From positions 2,912,001 through 2,976,000 of the forward strand of contig CAWGMQ010000004.1 of the NCBI GenBank assembly GCA_963823665.1: a DNA stretch of 64,000 nucleotides, given 5' to 3'. This DNA is from an uncultured Planctomycetota bacterium (GTDB taxonomy: Bacteria > Planctomycetota > Planctomycetia > Isosphaerales > Isosphaeraceae). The notes beneath the pieces were generated by a model. The model was given only the letters and a program-made list of their open reading frames with translations. It searched no databases and was not told the DNA's origin. Every line of letters starts with the position of its first letter. Within the stretch, counting starts at the first letter, position 1. This document shows positions 1-10,551 of this stretch, one piece after another. Both the position numbers and the translations under genes were made by a program.

Positions 1-77
1 ATCGCCAGAATACCAACGCGCGCCGCGTTTGAGCCAGGCGAAACGCCCGGGGTCGATCGGATCGATCGGGAACGGAA

Positions 78-100
78 GACAGCCGGGGCGGCTGTCCTAC
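78..100 (-). repeat. GTAG-type REP-like palindrome
   Basis: Minus strand reads GTAG-GACAGCCGCCCCGGCTGTC, a GTAG tetranucleotide followed by a hairpin, just downstream of a stop codon. Confidence 0.55.
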
Positions 101-118
101 ATTGCCGCACGAAGGCAT

Positions 119-440
119 TCAATCGTCGTCGGCGAATCGCACGGGCTTTCCAGGGCTCTGTTTCTCGATAAGCTTCAGATAATCTGCGAACGGAAACAGG
201 CCGATTTCTTTGCGCAGCTCTTCCATGCGAGACCGATCCTCGAGGGGCATCATGACGAGGTTTCCTTTCTCGTCGGAGCCGAGCTGTGTGCCGTAGCGCT
301 GCTTTTCACCGAGCGTGACCTTGAGCCGGTCAAACAGAAGCGCGTATGGCTGCGCATCGAGCCGTTTCGCCTTCACGTCGCTCTCGATTGCCGGCAAAGC
401 GGCCAGCATGAGCGGGATGTTTCCGCTGTGCTGCAGCTAG
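119..440 (-). CDS. DUF6624-like C-terminal fragment (lacks N-terminus)
   Basis: LQHS...YALLFDRLKV..GEKQRYGTQ..RKEIGL pattern; an in-frame TAG lies immediately upstream of LQH. Confidence 0.5.
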
Positions 441-1349
441 CGGGGAAGCGGGCGGTTGGTTCCAAACCTTTGAGACCGGTCGAAGATGCCACCGAAAACG
501 CAAAGACGTGACCGAACAATTCGGGGTGGCGCATGCCCATTTCCACCGCGAATCGGGCCCCGTTCGAAACGCCGTGGATCGCGCGCTCGTTTTGGTTGCG
601 CGTGGCGCCTAGCTCCTTCTCGGCCCACGCCCGCACTTCATCGCAGAAGAACTTCTCGTGCTTGGCGAAACGCGCTGGGTCGATCTCGGGCAGGTATTCG
701 CAGGCCCGCAGATCGCGCTTGATATCGTACGGCTGGGCTCGATCACCCTGGTAAGTGCCGGACAACACTCCAACGACCACAATCGGCCGCACCTTGCCGG
801 CGAGGATGAGCGGCTCGAGGATCTCTGCGTTCGTCATCCCATCCGCGGCGTAGATGACAGGATACGATTTCGCCCGGTCATGACCGGGGGGCAGATAGAT
901 CTTGATCTTTCGCTTTTCGCCAAGTGCCTTGCTCTCCAGCTCGAGCATCTTGTCGACGCCCTTGAGGTCTTTCGCCACCGCGGGCGCGGGGGCGCCTGGG
1001 GGCCGGTCCAGACCTCGAATCGGAGCGGGCGAGTGGGATTGAAGGGTGTCTCACCCTTCTTGCCGGCGAAGGAAGCATAGGAGAACATGCCGCTGGAGAG
1101 CTCCGGGCGCTCGATGCTCTCGGTCCAGACATCACTGCCTTCGACCCGGCGAAGCGATTTGAACTCGCCACTCATGACGAGCGTGACCTGTTCGGCTTCG
1201 CCGCGATAGAAGAACGTTGCCCGATTGCCATCGATCCAGACGGCCGTCTTCTCACGGTCGTGACGCTCAATCAGATCGCGAGCGGTCGGCTCTTGGCCGG
1301 AGAATGCCACAATCGCGATGAGCAGCGCGCGGAGCGCGAGCTGAGTCAT
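373..1349 (-). CDS. Secreted esterase (Fes-like alpha/beta hydrolase), frameshift ~985, C-terminus appears truncated
   Basis: Signal-like MTQLALRALL start at 1349; IYLPPG, YPVIYAADG and nucleophile GVSNG in ORF 373..978. Confidence 0.7.
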
Positions 1350-1357
1350 GGGTCCGG

Positions 1358-2035
1358 TCACTTCGGCTCGTCGGGTGCATCGCCAGGCGGCGGTCCGCCG
1401 CGCCCGCCCGGAGGGGGTCCGCCCATGCCTGGGCGTCCACCCGGTGGAGGTCCACCCATGCCGGGCCCGCCCATGCCGCGACCCATGCCGCCGCCTGGCC
1501 CGCCGCGGTGCTGCCGGTGGCACGCGTTGCATGATCCCCCCAGGCCATCTTGGGCGGCGCTGGCCGCGGCTTTGTCCTTGGCTTGAGCCGCCTTGTCCAG
1601 CTCGGTTGCCAGCCCAGCGTATTCAGCCGCCAGCTTGGACCAAGATTCCTTCGAGCCTTTGGCCGGCTCGTGTTTGGCAATGTCACCGGCGAGCTTTGCG
1701 TATTCCTTCGTCTGGGGCTGGATCGTGTCCCAGGCTGGCTTCTCGGCCTTGAGCGCTTCACCGATCACTGTGCCCAGCGCGCTCGGGCCCTTGTTCAACT
1801 TGACCATGATCGCTCGGATTTCCGGCGAGGAGGCGCCTTTTCCCGGCGGCCCGCCGCCAGGACCCGGTGGGGGACCACCGGGTCCTGGATCTCCTGCCGC
1901 GCCGGGACGGGCCGTGTACGTCGGCGTCGCCGGCGCGTTCGGCTCGTCGCTACCGGTTCCACCACAGCCGGCCGCAAGGGCAAAGGCGGCGAGGTAAAGG
2001 GAAAGCACAAAGAGATCGCGGCAGCGCGGTTTCAT
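1358..2035 (-). CDS. Lipoprotein class II-type cytochrome c with Gly/Pro-rich extensions
   Basis: Lipobox-like LAAGC, helical core, CNACH heme motif near the end of the folded domain. Confidence 0.75.
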   Translation of the reverse strand: MKPRCRDLFVLSLYLAAFALAAGCGGTGSDEPNAPATPTYTARPGAAGDPGPGGPPPGPGGGPPGKGASSPEIRAIMVKLNKGPSALGTVIGEALKAEKPAWDTIQPQTKEYAKLAGDIAKHEPAKGSKESWSKLAAEYAGLATELDKAAQAKDKAAASAAQDGLGGSCNACHRQHRGGPGGGMGRGMGGPGMGGPPPGGRPGMGGPPPGGRGGPPPGDAPDEPK

Positions 2036-2175
2036 GGAAAGATTCCTGCGAGCGGATTTGGGTCGAGTCGGTACTACACTGTGCCGCGCCCGATCCAGCC
2101 AGATGCGCGGATTTGAATGAACAATCGTACGATGCGCAACGGAAACGAGTCAATGACCTCTGACGAGGGATCAAG

Positions 2176-3561
2176 TCAGACTTCGTAGGTCGTGTGCAGC
2201 TCGGGTGTTTGAACGGGTGTCTGGACGAAGGGTTGGAGCACCGGCGCGAGCGCTTCCATCGATTCCGGCTCGCCGTGCACGAGGAAAGCCTGTTCGATGC
2301 GCCCGCCGAGCTGCGAGTACCACCAGCCGAGGTCGCCGCGGTCTGCGTGGCCGGAGAATCCGTCGAGCACATAGACCGCGGCATTCAGGTCGTACCACTC
2401 GTCGAAGATCTGCACCCGCTCGACACCGTCGGAGATCTGGCGGCCGAGCGTGCCTTCGGCCTGATAGCTCACGATCACGACGGCGTTGTCGGGGTCGGAG
2501 ACGACGTGGCGGAGGTGATGGCGAATGCGGCCGGCCTCGCACATGCCCGCGGAGGAGACGATGATCATGGGACCGTTCAAGTGGTTCAGACGCCGCGAAT
2601 CGTCCCAGCCGCCGCAGAACTCGACGTATTTCGATCCGAAATAGAGCGGATCCTTGTCCATCAGGCTGCGAGCAAAGGGCGTATATGCCGCGGGGTGATC
2701 GCGATGAATCTCGGTGAGCCGGGTCGCGAGGGGGCTGTCGACGTAGATCGGAATCGGCCGCACCTTGTGCACGGTGAAAAGCTCTTGAAGGCAATAGACC
2801 ATCCGCTGGGTGCGGCCCAGGCTGAAGGCCGGGATCACGATCTTGCTCTGGAGACGGGTTGCGCGGGCGACGATGGCGTGCAACTGCTTCATCAGGGTGT
2901 CGTACGAATCCAGCTCGCGATTGCCGTACGTGCTCTCCGAAACCAGCAGGTCCACGTTATCCACGGGCGTGGGGTCGGGCAGGAGATGCGTGTTGCGACG
3001 GCCGAGATCGCCGGTGAAAACCAGTCGTCGCGACCGGCCGTTTTCGCGGAAGTCGAGCTGCACGATCGCCGAGCCCAGGATATGCCCCGCATCCAGGTAG
3101 GTCAGAGTGACACCCGGGGCGATTTCGTGCGGCTCACGATACGGCAAACGCTTGATTCTCTCGACCATCCATTCCACGTCAACCAGCTCAAAGAGAGGCT
3201 CGGGAGCTTCGATTTCCGGGTGACGAAGATGGGCATTGCGCACTTCCTCACGCTGGATCCGCGCACTGTCACGTAGCATGACGTTGGCGATGTCGCCAGT
3301 TGCGGGCGTGGTGTAGATCGGCCCGGTGTACCCCGCGCGGACGAGGCAAGGCAGCCGCCCGATATGGTCGTTATGGGCGTGAGAGACGATCACCGCATCG
3401 AGTGCCCGGGGGTCGAACTGGAACTGACGGTTCGGCCCGCTGGGATCAAGTCGATCGGAGTCAAACAACCCACAATCGAGCAGAATACGCGCCGAGCCGA
3501 TCTCCAGAAGATGGGCACTGCCCGTGATTTGCCGGGCCGCACCGTGGAACGTGATTCGCAA
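2176..3561 (-). CDS. Metallo-beta-lactamase/beta-CASP ribonuclease
   Basis: SHAHNDHIG, AGHILGS, FTGDLG, ESTYG, FSGHAD, VHGE motifs. Confidence 0.92.
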   Translation of the reverse strand: MRITFHGAARQITGSAHLLEIGSARILLDCGLFDSDRLDPSGPNRQFQFDPRALDAVIVSHAHNDHIGRLPCLVRAGYTGPIYTTPATGDIANVMLRDSARIQREEVRNAHLRHPEIEAPEPLFELVDVEWMVERIKRLPYREPHEIAPGVTLTYLDAGHILGSAIVQLDFRENGRSRRLVFTGDLGRRNTHLLPDPTPVDNVDLLVSESTYGNRELDSYDTLMKQLHAIVARATRLQSKIVIPAFSLGRTQRMVYCLQELFTVHKVRPIPIYVDSPLATRLTEIHRDHPAAYTPFARSLMDKDPLYFGSKYVEFCGGWDDSRRLNHLNGPMIIVSSAGMCEAGRIRHHLRHVVSDPDNAVVIVSYQAEGTLGRQISDGVERVQIFDEWYDLNAAVYVLDGFSGHADRGDLGWWYSQLGGRIEQAFLVHGEPESMEALAPVLQPFVQTPVQTPELHTTYEV

Positions 3562-3862
3562 CCAAGCTTCCTCCCTGACAATCGATCTGTTTAAAAAGAT
3601 GCTAACACTTCCATCATGACACGAAGGGCCAAAAGCGACAAGTCAAAGCGAGCCACCACGTTCAGACAATCGCGGCGACTTAGTGATCGTCTGAACCCTG
3701 ATTGGGGGAGGAGTGAACTTTCGCAGAGCGAACGACAACTCTGGGGAAGCGTGCACTTTCGCGGTGCGATCGGCGACGGTGGGCATCACGGCGGGCGTTC
3801 ACGTCACGCGAAGCTCGCCGGGGTTGAACCGTTGAAGAATCTCCACCTTGCCGAAACTCTGA

Positions 3863-3891
3863 TTGATCGATTGTGAGATTGCGCGTAGAAT
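3863..3891 (+). promoter_or_regulatory. Sigma70-like promoter
   Basis: TTGATC-N17-TAGAAT upstream of the 4015 ORF. Confidence 0.45.
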
Positions 3892-4014
3892 TCTCGAGGA
3901 AGACGTGAAGTCCTCGCCTCTCTCCCCGATTCGCCAGCCGGATCATCATGTCGTCCGAATCAGTTTCTTTCGTTCCTTCCCGGACAAGGTCCCGTGGGGC
4001 AGGAGCGCCCTTGC

Positions 4015-4551
4015 ATGGAAAATCCGCGCGCGATTCCCGAATCGCATCCGCTGCACAGGCTCTTCCGAGGCCTTACCGAGTACACGTTCATCAACGAGCT
4101 CGGCATCGGCGATCCCTCGCTCGTCGGGTATGTCGCCGGGCTACTCGCGAGCTTTGTGCCGAGCCAGGGAGTGTGGCACCTTCGTGATGCACAAGGGAAA
4201 CGACTGTTTGAAGTTACGGCGATGGTCGCCGAAGCCGAGGCTGCCGCAGACGCAGCGAGGCGCCGCGAGTGCCATCGTCACGTCGGCGATTACACCCTGT
4301 TCTGGACGGGGGTTTATCCCGAAGCGCTGGCGAAGCTTCAGGGGGGGAACTCGGCCGACGCCTTGATCAGCTTTCAGCGCCAGGGCAAGCGGTCGTATCA
4401 TCTGGCGAGTGTCTTGAGTGCCGGCAACGATCGGGAAACTGTGTTTCGCCGCTTGAGCGAACAGTTCGAGCTGTGTGCCGTGGGGCTTTCGCACGTGCGC
4501 CGGGAGTGGGAAAAGATCGAGCTCGAAGGGCAGGGGCCTGTCGTCGTCTGA
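4015..4551 (+). CDS. Hypothetical protein
   Basis: Protein-like ORF (RHVGDYTLFWTGVYPE, QGKRSY) with an AGGAG RBS upstream. Confidence 0.75.
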   Translation: MENPRAIPESHPLHRLFRGLTEYTFINELGIGDPSLVGYVAGLLASFVPSQGVWHLRDAQGKRLFEVTAMVAEAEAAADAARRRECHRHVGDYTLFWTGVYPEALAKLQGGNSADALISFQRQGKRSYHLASVLSAGNDRETVFRRLSEQFELCAVGLSHVRREWEKIELEGQGPVVV

Positions 4552-4754
4552 CCGGCAGTCTTCATGGTTGCCGTGGACGAGTGCTGAGCGATCGAGTTTG
4601 CGCGTTGCCTGGCTGCGTGGGGATGGCGCGGCACCGGTCGAATCGGTATATTGCACGCTCGCGGCCGCGTCGTGTTGGTGGCACGCGAACGGCCGCCGGG
4701 TGGGAGCAAAGGCCGTTCTATCTTGCTGCGTTCGGTTGAGGATCACGCTGCACC

Positions 4755-5555
4755 ATGGTTTTCCCGCTTGGCGACTTGCAGCGCACCCGGATTGTCCCTG
4801 TGGTGACCTACGCGCTCATTTCGCTCAATGTCGCGGTGTTCCTGGTCCAGTTGCGCCAAGGCGAAGACTTCACGCTCGCGCTGGCCGCGACCCCGTATGA
4901 GATCACGCACAACGACGACCTGGCCGAGCCGGTTGCGGTCCCAGTGCGAGTGAAGGTGCACGGCCCGTTCGGCGACGAGCACTGGGAGGAGGGCCGAGTC
5001 GAACGCGCGCACGCTCCTTGCCCCGTGCCGGTCCGCTTCACCTTGCTGACGTCGATGTTCCTGCACGCGAGCTGGCTGCATTTGCTGGGCAATATGCTCT
5101 ATCTCTGGATTGTGGGGGACAACGTCGAGGAGGTGCTGGGACCATTCGGCTATCTGATCGTTTATCTCGCGTGCGGGCTGGTAGGCTCGCTGGCGCAGAT
5201 CGTCGCGAATCCCGATTCGATCACGCCGACCCTGGGCGCCTCGGGTGCGATTGCGGGCATCATGGGGGCGTACGTCATCTGGTTTCCCCACAATCAAATA
5301 CGGGTCCTGCTATTTCGAATCATCACGGTGCTGCCCGCGATTCTCGTGATCGGCGCTTGGATCGGCTTGCAGATCTACCTGGGCGTTGCGGCCCTGGGCC
5401 GGGAGGGTGACGGAGGTGGAGTCGCCTATCTCGCGCACGTCGGCGGAGCATTGACGGGGATTGTCGTGGCGTTCCTGTTCATGGACAAGGCCAGGTATGT
5501 CAAGAGCCGCAACTCGGCCATGGAGGGGTGGTCGGTGTATGAGCATCCGATTTGA
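4755..5555 (+). CDS. Rhomboid intramembrane serine protease
   Basis: SMFLHASWLHLLGNM, GASG catalytic Ser, AYLAHVGG catalytic His. Confidence 0.93.
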   Translation: MVFPLGDLQRTRIVPVVTYALISLNVAVFLVQLRQGEDFTLALAATPYEITHNDDLAEPVAVPVRVKVHGPFGDEHWEEGRVERAHAPCPVPVRFTLLTSMFLHASWLHLLGNMLYLWIVGDNVEEVLGPFGYLIVYLACGLVGSLAQIVANPDSITPTLGASGAIAGIMGAYVIWFPHNQIRVLLFRIITVLPAILVIGAWIGLQIYLGVAALGREGDGGGVAYLAHVGGALTGIVVAFLFMDKARYVKSRNSAMEGWSVYEHPI

Positions 5556-5597
5556 GGCGATGTTCGAGCGGGCTCGAATGCTTCTTGAGAGCGACCA

Positions 5598-6353
5598 ATG
5601 CGGATCCCATTCCTCCGGTGCTTGCTGGGACTGATGCTCCTCTCGGCGTTTTCCGGCGGATGTGGCGAGTCGCATGGGCCGGCGAGCTCCGGTGCTTCGG
5701 GGTTGCCTGACGTGGTTGCGGACTCACATTACCAGCGAAATCGGGTTTCCCACAAAACTGTGCTCGATTTCCATCTCGTGGATGAGGCGAGTCGCTCGCC
5801 GATCGAAAGCGGTTCCATCCAGACCCGGTATGGCTATTGGGACACGCAGCCGATCCGCGCTGTAACGAACGGCGACGGCACCTGGCGCCTCGTTTATCAG
5901 ACGTGGTACTTTCCAAAGCCGGAGCTTCCGCCGGAATCGTACTTCCGTGGTGGTCAGTGGTTGGAGATCGATGCTCCGGGATATGAACGAGTCAAGGTCC
6001 CGCTGCGAGACTTTGTAGATGAGCGCCGCATGGATGACGAAGCTTCGCTGGCGAAGTCCGCGCCGCTTGTCGTCGCCATGCGAAAGGGCGAGCGCAAGCC
6101 GACACGGCTCGAATTCATCGCGGGCTACTACCCGTTGGATAAAGGTCTCTGGTTCAGACTTGCCATCGACGCAGACGGGACATTCAGCGTCTACATTCAA
6201 GATCAACACGGCCGCATCCCGGTTGGGTTCGGATTTGCGAAGTTCGTGGATGAGAGATTGACGCTGACTTACGCCGAGAGCGATTCGTATCGGGCGAGCC
6301 ATCCGCAGATGGCGGAGCTTTTGGCCATGGTTCATGCTGTGATCAAGGATTGA
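5598..6353 (+). CDS. Putative lipoprotein, hypothetical
   Basis: Signal peptide ending FSGGC; protein-like composition. Confidence 0.6.
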   Translation: MRIPFLRCLLGLMLLSAFSGGCGESHGPASSGASGLPDVVADSHYQRNRVSHKTVLDFHLVDEASRSPIESGSIQTRYGYWDTQPIRAVTNGDGTWRLVYQTWYFPKPELPPESYFRGGQWLEIDAPGYERVKVPLRDFVDERRMDDEASLAKSAPLVVAMRKGERKPTRLEFIAGYYPLDKGLWFRLAIDADGTFSVYIQDQHGRIPVGFGFAKFVDERLTLTYAESDSYRASHPQMAELLAMVHAVIKD

Positions 6354-6488
6354 TCGCGTTAGCGAGTTCACACACCGTCCAAACATCCTCCCCCGAGCGC
6401 AGCCACGGACCGGAGAATTCCCGAGCCCCTGACCACTTGCGCTCGCATTCGTCCTCCATTCGCACACTTGGCTCTCGCAGACCCCCCA

Positions 6489-6546
6489 AAACGTCGTCAT
6501 CGTCGTCATCTCCTTTCCACAACAGGAGTTACGAATGACGACGTTT
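6489..6546. repeat. Inverted repeat AAACGTCGTCAT...ATGACGACGTTT
   Basis: 12-bp perfect arms enclosing an inner CTCCT/AGGAG pair. Confidence 0.7.
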
Positions 6547-6894
6547 CCCCGAAAGTGCCGCAGGCGGCCGAGAGGGTTTTGAGCGCAGGGAAGACCGCGC
6601 CCGAGGCAGCAAGGCTCTCGCTTCGAGTGGCCTGAAAAAAATGGCCCAAAACATAGTGAACAACACAATCGATTTGTCATGGCAATTTTCGGTGGCATAT
6701 GCCAAGAGTTTTCGTCATCGCAAAAAGACGTCTCGCGCTGTTCCGATTCGAGTGTGCCCATTGAACTTGCAGAGAACGACTCCACGCGAAGAAATCGTTG
6801 AACCCTTCGAAAAAATGGCTAAAAGTGGGCGTGGTTCAAACGCGGGTAACACGCCTCGACGCCATTCGAGGCGCAACCGGCCCGCCGGTCCCTT

Positions 6895-6959
6895 CGTAGG
6901 GTGGGTGTAACCCACGATCCCATATCGTATTACGACCGGTGGGTTGCACCCACCCTACG
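6895..6959. repeat. REP doublet (REPIN-like), GTAG family
   Basis: CGTAGGGTGGGTGTAACCCAC ... GGTGGGTTGCACCCACCCTACG in inverted orientation; a related copy lies at 35773-35875. Confidence 0.8.
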
Positions 6960-7658
6960 TACTGCCCCCCATTGACGGTGTTACCGTAGCGTCGCGTCCG
7001 TTGAACCACGCGTAAAAGTGGCAATATTTCGAGGGTCCTCCAGCATCCGTACACCAGTGTAAACAGGCGGCATCCTGATCTTGTTCTCGATCTTGATGTG
7101 AACCTGAATTTGCCCAATTGGTTTCGCGGTCATGAACTCCTCCGGGCTTCAGGTGCTCCTGCAAAACGCTAGGTGGTGCCATGAGCCGCCTCCAGCCCGT
7201 GCAAATCGCCACCGCGGAGCGCACGCCCTCATCTACAATATGAGACGACTTTACGGATCCATGGCGCCGTCGACCGGGAAATCTCCAGAGTGTTTCCGGG
7301 TTGGAGCGATTAGATCGAGTAAGGAAGAAAACTCATTCTGTATGCGCGCCCTGCGCGGGCGCCGCCGTATGGCCCACACTGCTGTCTGCACACCCGCCGT
7401 TTCCCGCCCCAACTGGCCGCGGGCGCCGACGGGCCGACACTTCTGTCTGCCACGCCCCGGCCATCTCCCGCCCCAACGGGGCGCACGTCAATAGCCAGGG
7501 TCTTCGAGCCCCTGGAACATTTCATTCGGCTCCGGTCTGGCCCCTCGCAGACCGAATCAGTCGCGTCCAATCGAACAGAGCCTCGCCTCTGTCGAGGCAT
7601 GACGATCGGGCTTCGCTCCGATGAGGCAATCCTCCCCACTCATCGGTGTGCGACGGGC

Positions 7659-7706
7659 TTGACTCTTTTTATCCGGGTGATATTATCAGATTATGTCCGG
7701 GTAAAA
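7659..7706 (+). promoter_or_regulatory. Promoter with two overlapping TCCGGGT operator-like repeats
   Basis: TTGACT-N16-TATTAT; TTTATCCGGGTGATA and TATGTCCGGGTAAAA. Confidence 0.6.
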
Positions 7707-7774
7707 TTCCGCCTGGCCGTTGAATGGGCCGCGGTCGTGCTGGAACAGCGTTCTTGATGTGGAGGGGTGCAGAC

Positions 7775-8391
7775 GTGGAAGAGCCAGATCGACCAACATG
7801 CACAGCGTTTGAGGGTTTTCGGCAGATCGCGTCGGGAGCGCGGCGCAGGTCGCGCTCAAAACGAAGAAGGTCATCGATCGGGGTGCGCGGGGTCCGGTCC
7901 TGATCTTCGACGACGCGACGGGCGAGCAGATCGAGATCGATTTCCGGGGCACTGTCACCGACGTGGTGAGGCGGATCGAGACGACGGCGAGCGAGGATGC
8001 GCAGGGCGCCGTTTCAACTGACCAGGCCGGCGAGGCGCCGCGGGGCCCGGGGCGGCCGAGGCTCGGAGTGGTTGCGCGCGAGGTCACGCTCCTGCCGCGG
8101 CACTGGGACTGGCTGAACGGTCAACCCGGGGGGGCATCGGTGGCGCTACGGAAGCTGGTGGAAGAAGCCCGGCGCGTGAATGAGGGGCGGGATCGGCTTC
8201 GACGCTCGCAAGAGTCGGCTTACCGGTTCATGTCGGCGATGGCCGGCAATCTGCCCGGATTCGAGGAGGCGGCGAGGGCGTTATTCGCGAGCGACGGGGT
8301 TCGTTTCGAGCTGCTCATTCGTCGCTGGCCCAAGGACGTTCGAAACCAGCTTGGGCGTATGGTGGGGGAGTTCATGGCGGTCGGACGGTGA
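7775..8391 (+). CDS. DUF2239 family protein (frameshift ~7841)
   Basis: GGAGG RBS plus GTG start; CTAFEG, LIFDDATG..IDFRG, GRPRLGVVAREVTLLPRHWDWL, AGNLPGFEEA motifs. Confidence 0.85.
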
Positions 8392-8508
8392 ATGTCATCA
8401 GATCGGTCTCTCGAAGATCGATTCAGTGTCCTATCGGGTCCGCAACCCGTGGTGTACAGTTTTGTTAGCTCAACGAGTGCCTCGAAGACCTACGGGGAGG
8501 GCCTGACC

Positions 8509-9219
8509 TTGCGTCATGAAATACTGTATCAGCCATCGTTCAGTCTGGCGGTCGTTTCGCTCGAGCGGGGCGAGTCGATCATGGCGGAGTCAGGCGCGAT
8601 GATCAGCATGTCGCCGACGATCAAGCTGGAAGCCCACATGTCCGGTGGCGGGGTTTTCGGTGCGCTCAAGAGTGCGGTGGGTGGCGAGTCGATTTTCCGC
8701 ACGACATTCACGGCCGAAACCGGTCCTGGCGAGGTGACGCTCGCCCCCTCGGCGGTCGGCGACATCCTGTCGGTGCCGATGTCGGGCAATCGCTACTTTG
8801 TCCAACCCGGCAGCTACCTGGCCGGCGACCCGCGTCTGAACATCGGCGTTCAGGGAAGCGTGCGCGGGATGCTCTCGGGGGAGGGGCTCTTCTTGCTCAC
8901 AGTGGAGGGGAGCGGCCTCTTGCTGCTCTCATCGTTCGGCGCGATTCACACGAAAAGTCTCGGACCAGGCGAGGAGTACATCGTCGACACCGGCCACATC
9001 GTGGCGTTTGAGGACTCGGTGCAATATCGCCTCGAGAAAGCGACGGGCAAGACGCAGGGAATCGGCGGCTTCCTGAAAGGAATGGTGCAATCCGCCCTTT
9101 CGGGTGAAGGATTCGTGTGCCGTTACCGCGGCCCAGGCGTGATCTACATCCAGACCCGCCAGTTCCCCAGCTTTGCGCGGCAGCTCATTCCGTTCTTGCC
9201 GAAGACGGGCGGGGGATGA
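8509..9219 (+). CDS. AIM24/TIGR00266 family protein
   Basis: AESGAMISM, GGESIF, SGEGLF, IVDTGHIVAF, GPG.IYIQTR. Confidence 0.88.
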   Translation: MRHEILYQPSFSLAVVSLERGESIMAESGAMISMSPTIKLEAHMSGGGVFGALKSAVGGESIFRTTFTAETGPGEVTLAPSAVGDILSVPMSGNRYFVQPGSYLAGDPRLNIGVQGSVRGMLSGEGLFLLTVEGSGLLLLSSFGAIHTKSLGPGEEYIVDTGHIVAFEDSVQYRLEKATGKTQGIGGFLKGMVQSALSGEGFVCRYRGPGVIYIQTRQFPSFARQLIPFLPKTGGG

Positions 9220-9338
9220 CCGAGCCGTCCGCAGGTGATGGCGTCAAAGCGGCCCTATGATCAAGAGCGATTCGTCGGCAGGCTCAACACGCTCCCCGAA
9301 ATGCCGTGGCTAGACGACTAGCCAGCACGTGGAAGCAC

Positions 9339-9375
9339 TTGTCTTCGCTACCCGAGAGTAATATATTACATGTAA
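9339..9375 (+). promoter_or_regulatory. Promoter with palindromic operator (probable GntR autoregulation)
   Basis: TTGTCT-N17-TATATT overlapped by perfect palindrome GTAATATATTAC and by TTACATGTAA. Confidence 0.55.
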
Positions 9376-9405
9376 CATCCAATTGTTGACAGTGGGAACA
9401 ACGGT

Positions 9406-10090
9406 ATGCCGCTGCCGCAATCCGAGAGTAAACTGTCACGGACACTCGCACGTGAAGAAGTTTACGGTCGTCTTCGCGCCTGGATTATCGACGGCACGCT
9501 CCGGCCTGAAGAACTGCTCCGGGATCAGGACATCGCGGCCACAGTGGGGGTGAGCCGGACTCCGGTCCGGGAGGCATTGCGCCGCCTGGAGGATGAAGGC
9601 CTGGTCGAAACTGCCTTGAACCGCTGGACTCGCGTGGCGCCCATCGACGTCGCCAAGGCCGCCGAGATCTACGCCATTGTCGAAGCCCTGGAACTGTTCG
9701 CGCTGGGGACTGCGATCAGGCGTTTGACTTCCCAGGACGTCACTCGGATGCGCGAGGCCAATCAAGCCATGCGGCGGGCCGCCGAGCTTCAGGATCCCGC
9801 GGCCGCCGTCATCGCTGATGAAAGTTTCCACGAGGTTTGGATCGAGCGGGCGAACAATCGGGAATTAAGTGTGCTATTGCGTCAGTTCAGGATCAAGTTG
9901 CGACGCGTCGAGCTTGCTTATTTTGATGCGGCCGCCCGGGCACTGTCATCCTTCCGCGAACACGCCGCGATCATCCGGGCCTTCTCCGGCCGTTCCCTGC
10001 CTGCCGCGCCAGGCGGTTCGCCGTAATTGGCGAGGAAGTGCTCAGCGGTTGCAGGCTCTCGTGCAAGAGGAATCCGAAAAGAACGTCTGA
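9406..10090 (+). CDS. GntR/FCD family transcriptional regulator (frameshift ~10010)
   Basis: GVSRTPVREALRRLEDEGLV HTH; FCD motifs DESFH and EHAAII; C-terminus continues in ORF 9869..10090. Confidence 0.88.
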
Positions 10091-10551
10091 CTTACCGGGA
10101 GAAACACACGGAACCGCTACCGGCCGACCTGCTGGAGGTCCAGCCCAACGGCAAGTACCGGATGGTCAAACATCCCAACTGGGGAATGCAGCAGCCGAGC
10201 AAGCCTTCCTTTCGCGGCAAGGTGCTGATTCTCATCAACGGCGGCAGTTTCTCGACGACCTCCGAGTTCCTGTCTCAGGCCCACTTTCACAAGCGGGCAA
10301 AGTTCATCGGCGAAGAGTCCGGCGGGGGTTACTATGGCAACACTTCCGGCCCTAGTCTTCGGCTGACGTTGCCCCATTCGAAAGTCCGGGTGGGCGTGCC
10401 GCTCATGACCTATTACATGGCAGTCAGCGGCTACCAGGCCAAAGCGCACGGAGTTCTCCCCGATTATCCCGTGGCATACACAATCGAGGAATTGCTCGAG
10501 GGAAAAGACAAGGAGCTGGCCTTGGCCTTCGAGCTTGCCCGGAAGTCGTGA
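10090..10551 (+). pseudogene. C-terminal fragment of an S41 family peptidase
   Basis: KVLILINGGSFSTTSEF, FIGEESGG, GVLPD motifs; no plausible start or N-terminal part. Confidence 0.65.

Noticed and set aside
5724..6785. 353-aa minus-strand ORF
   Set aside because: Antisense to the lipoprotein gene and runs through repeat-rich intergenic DNA
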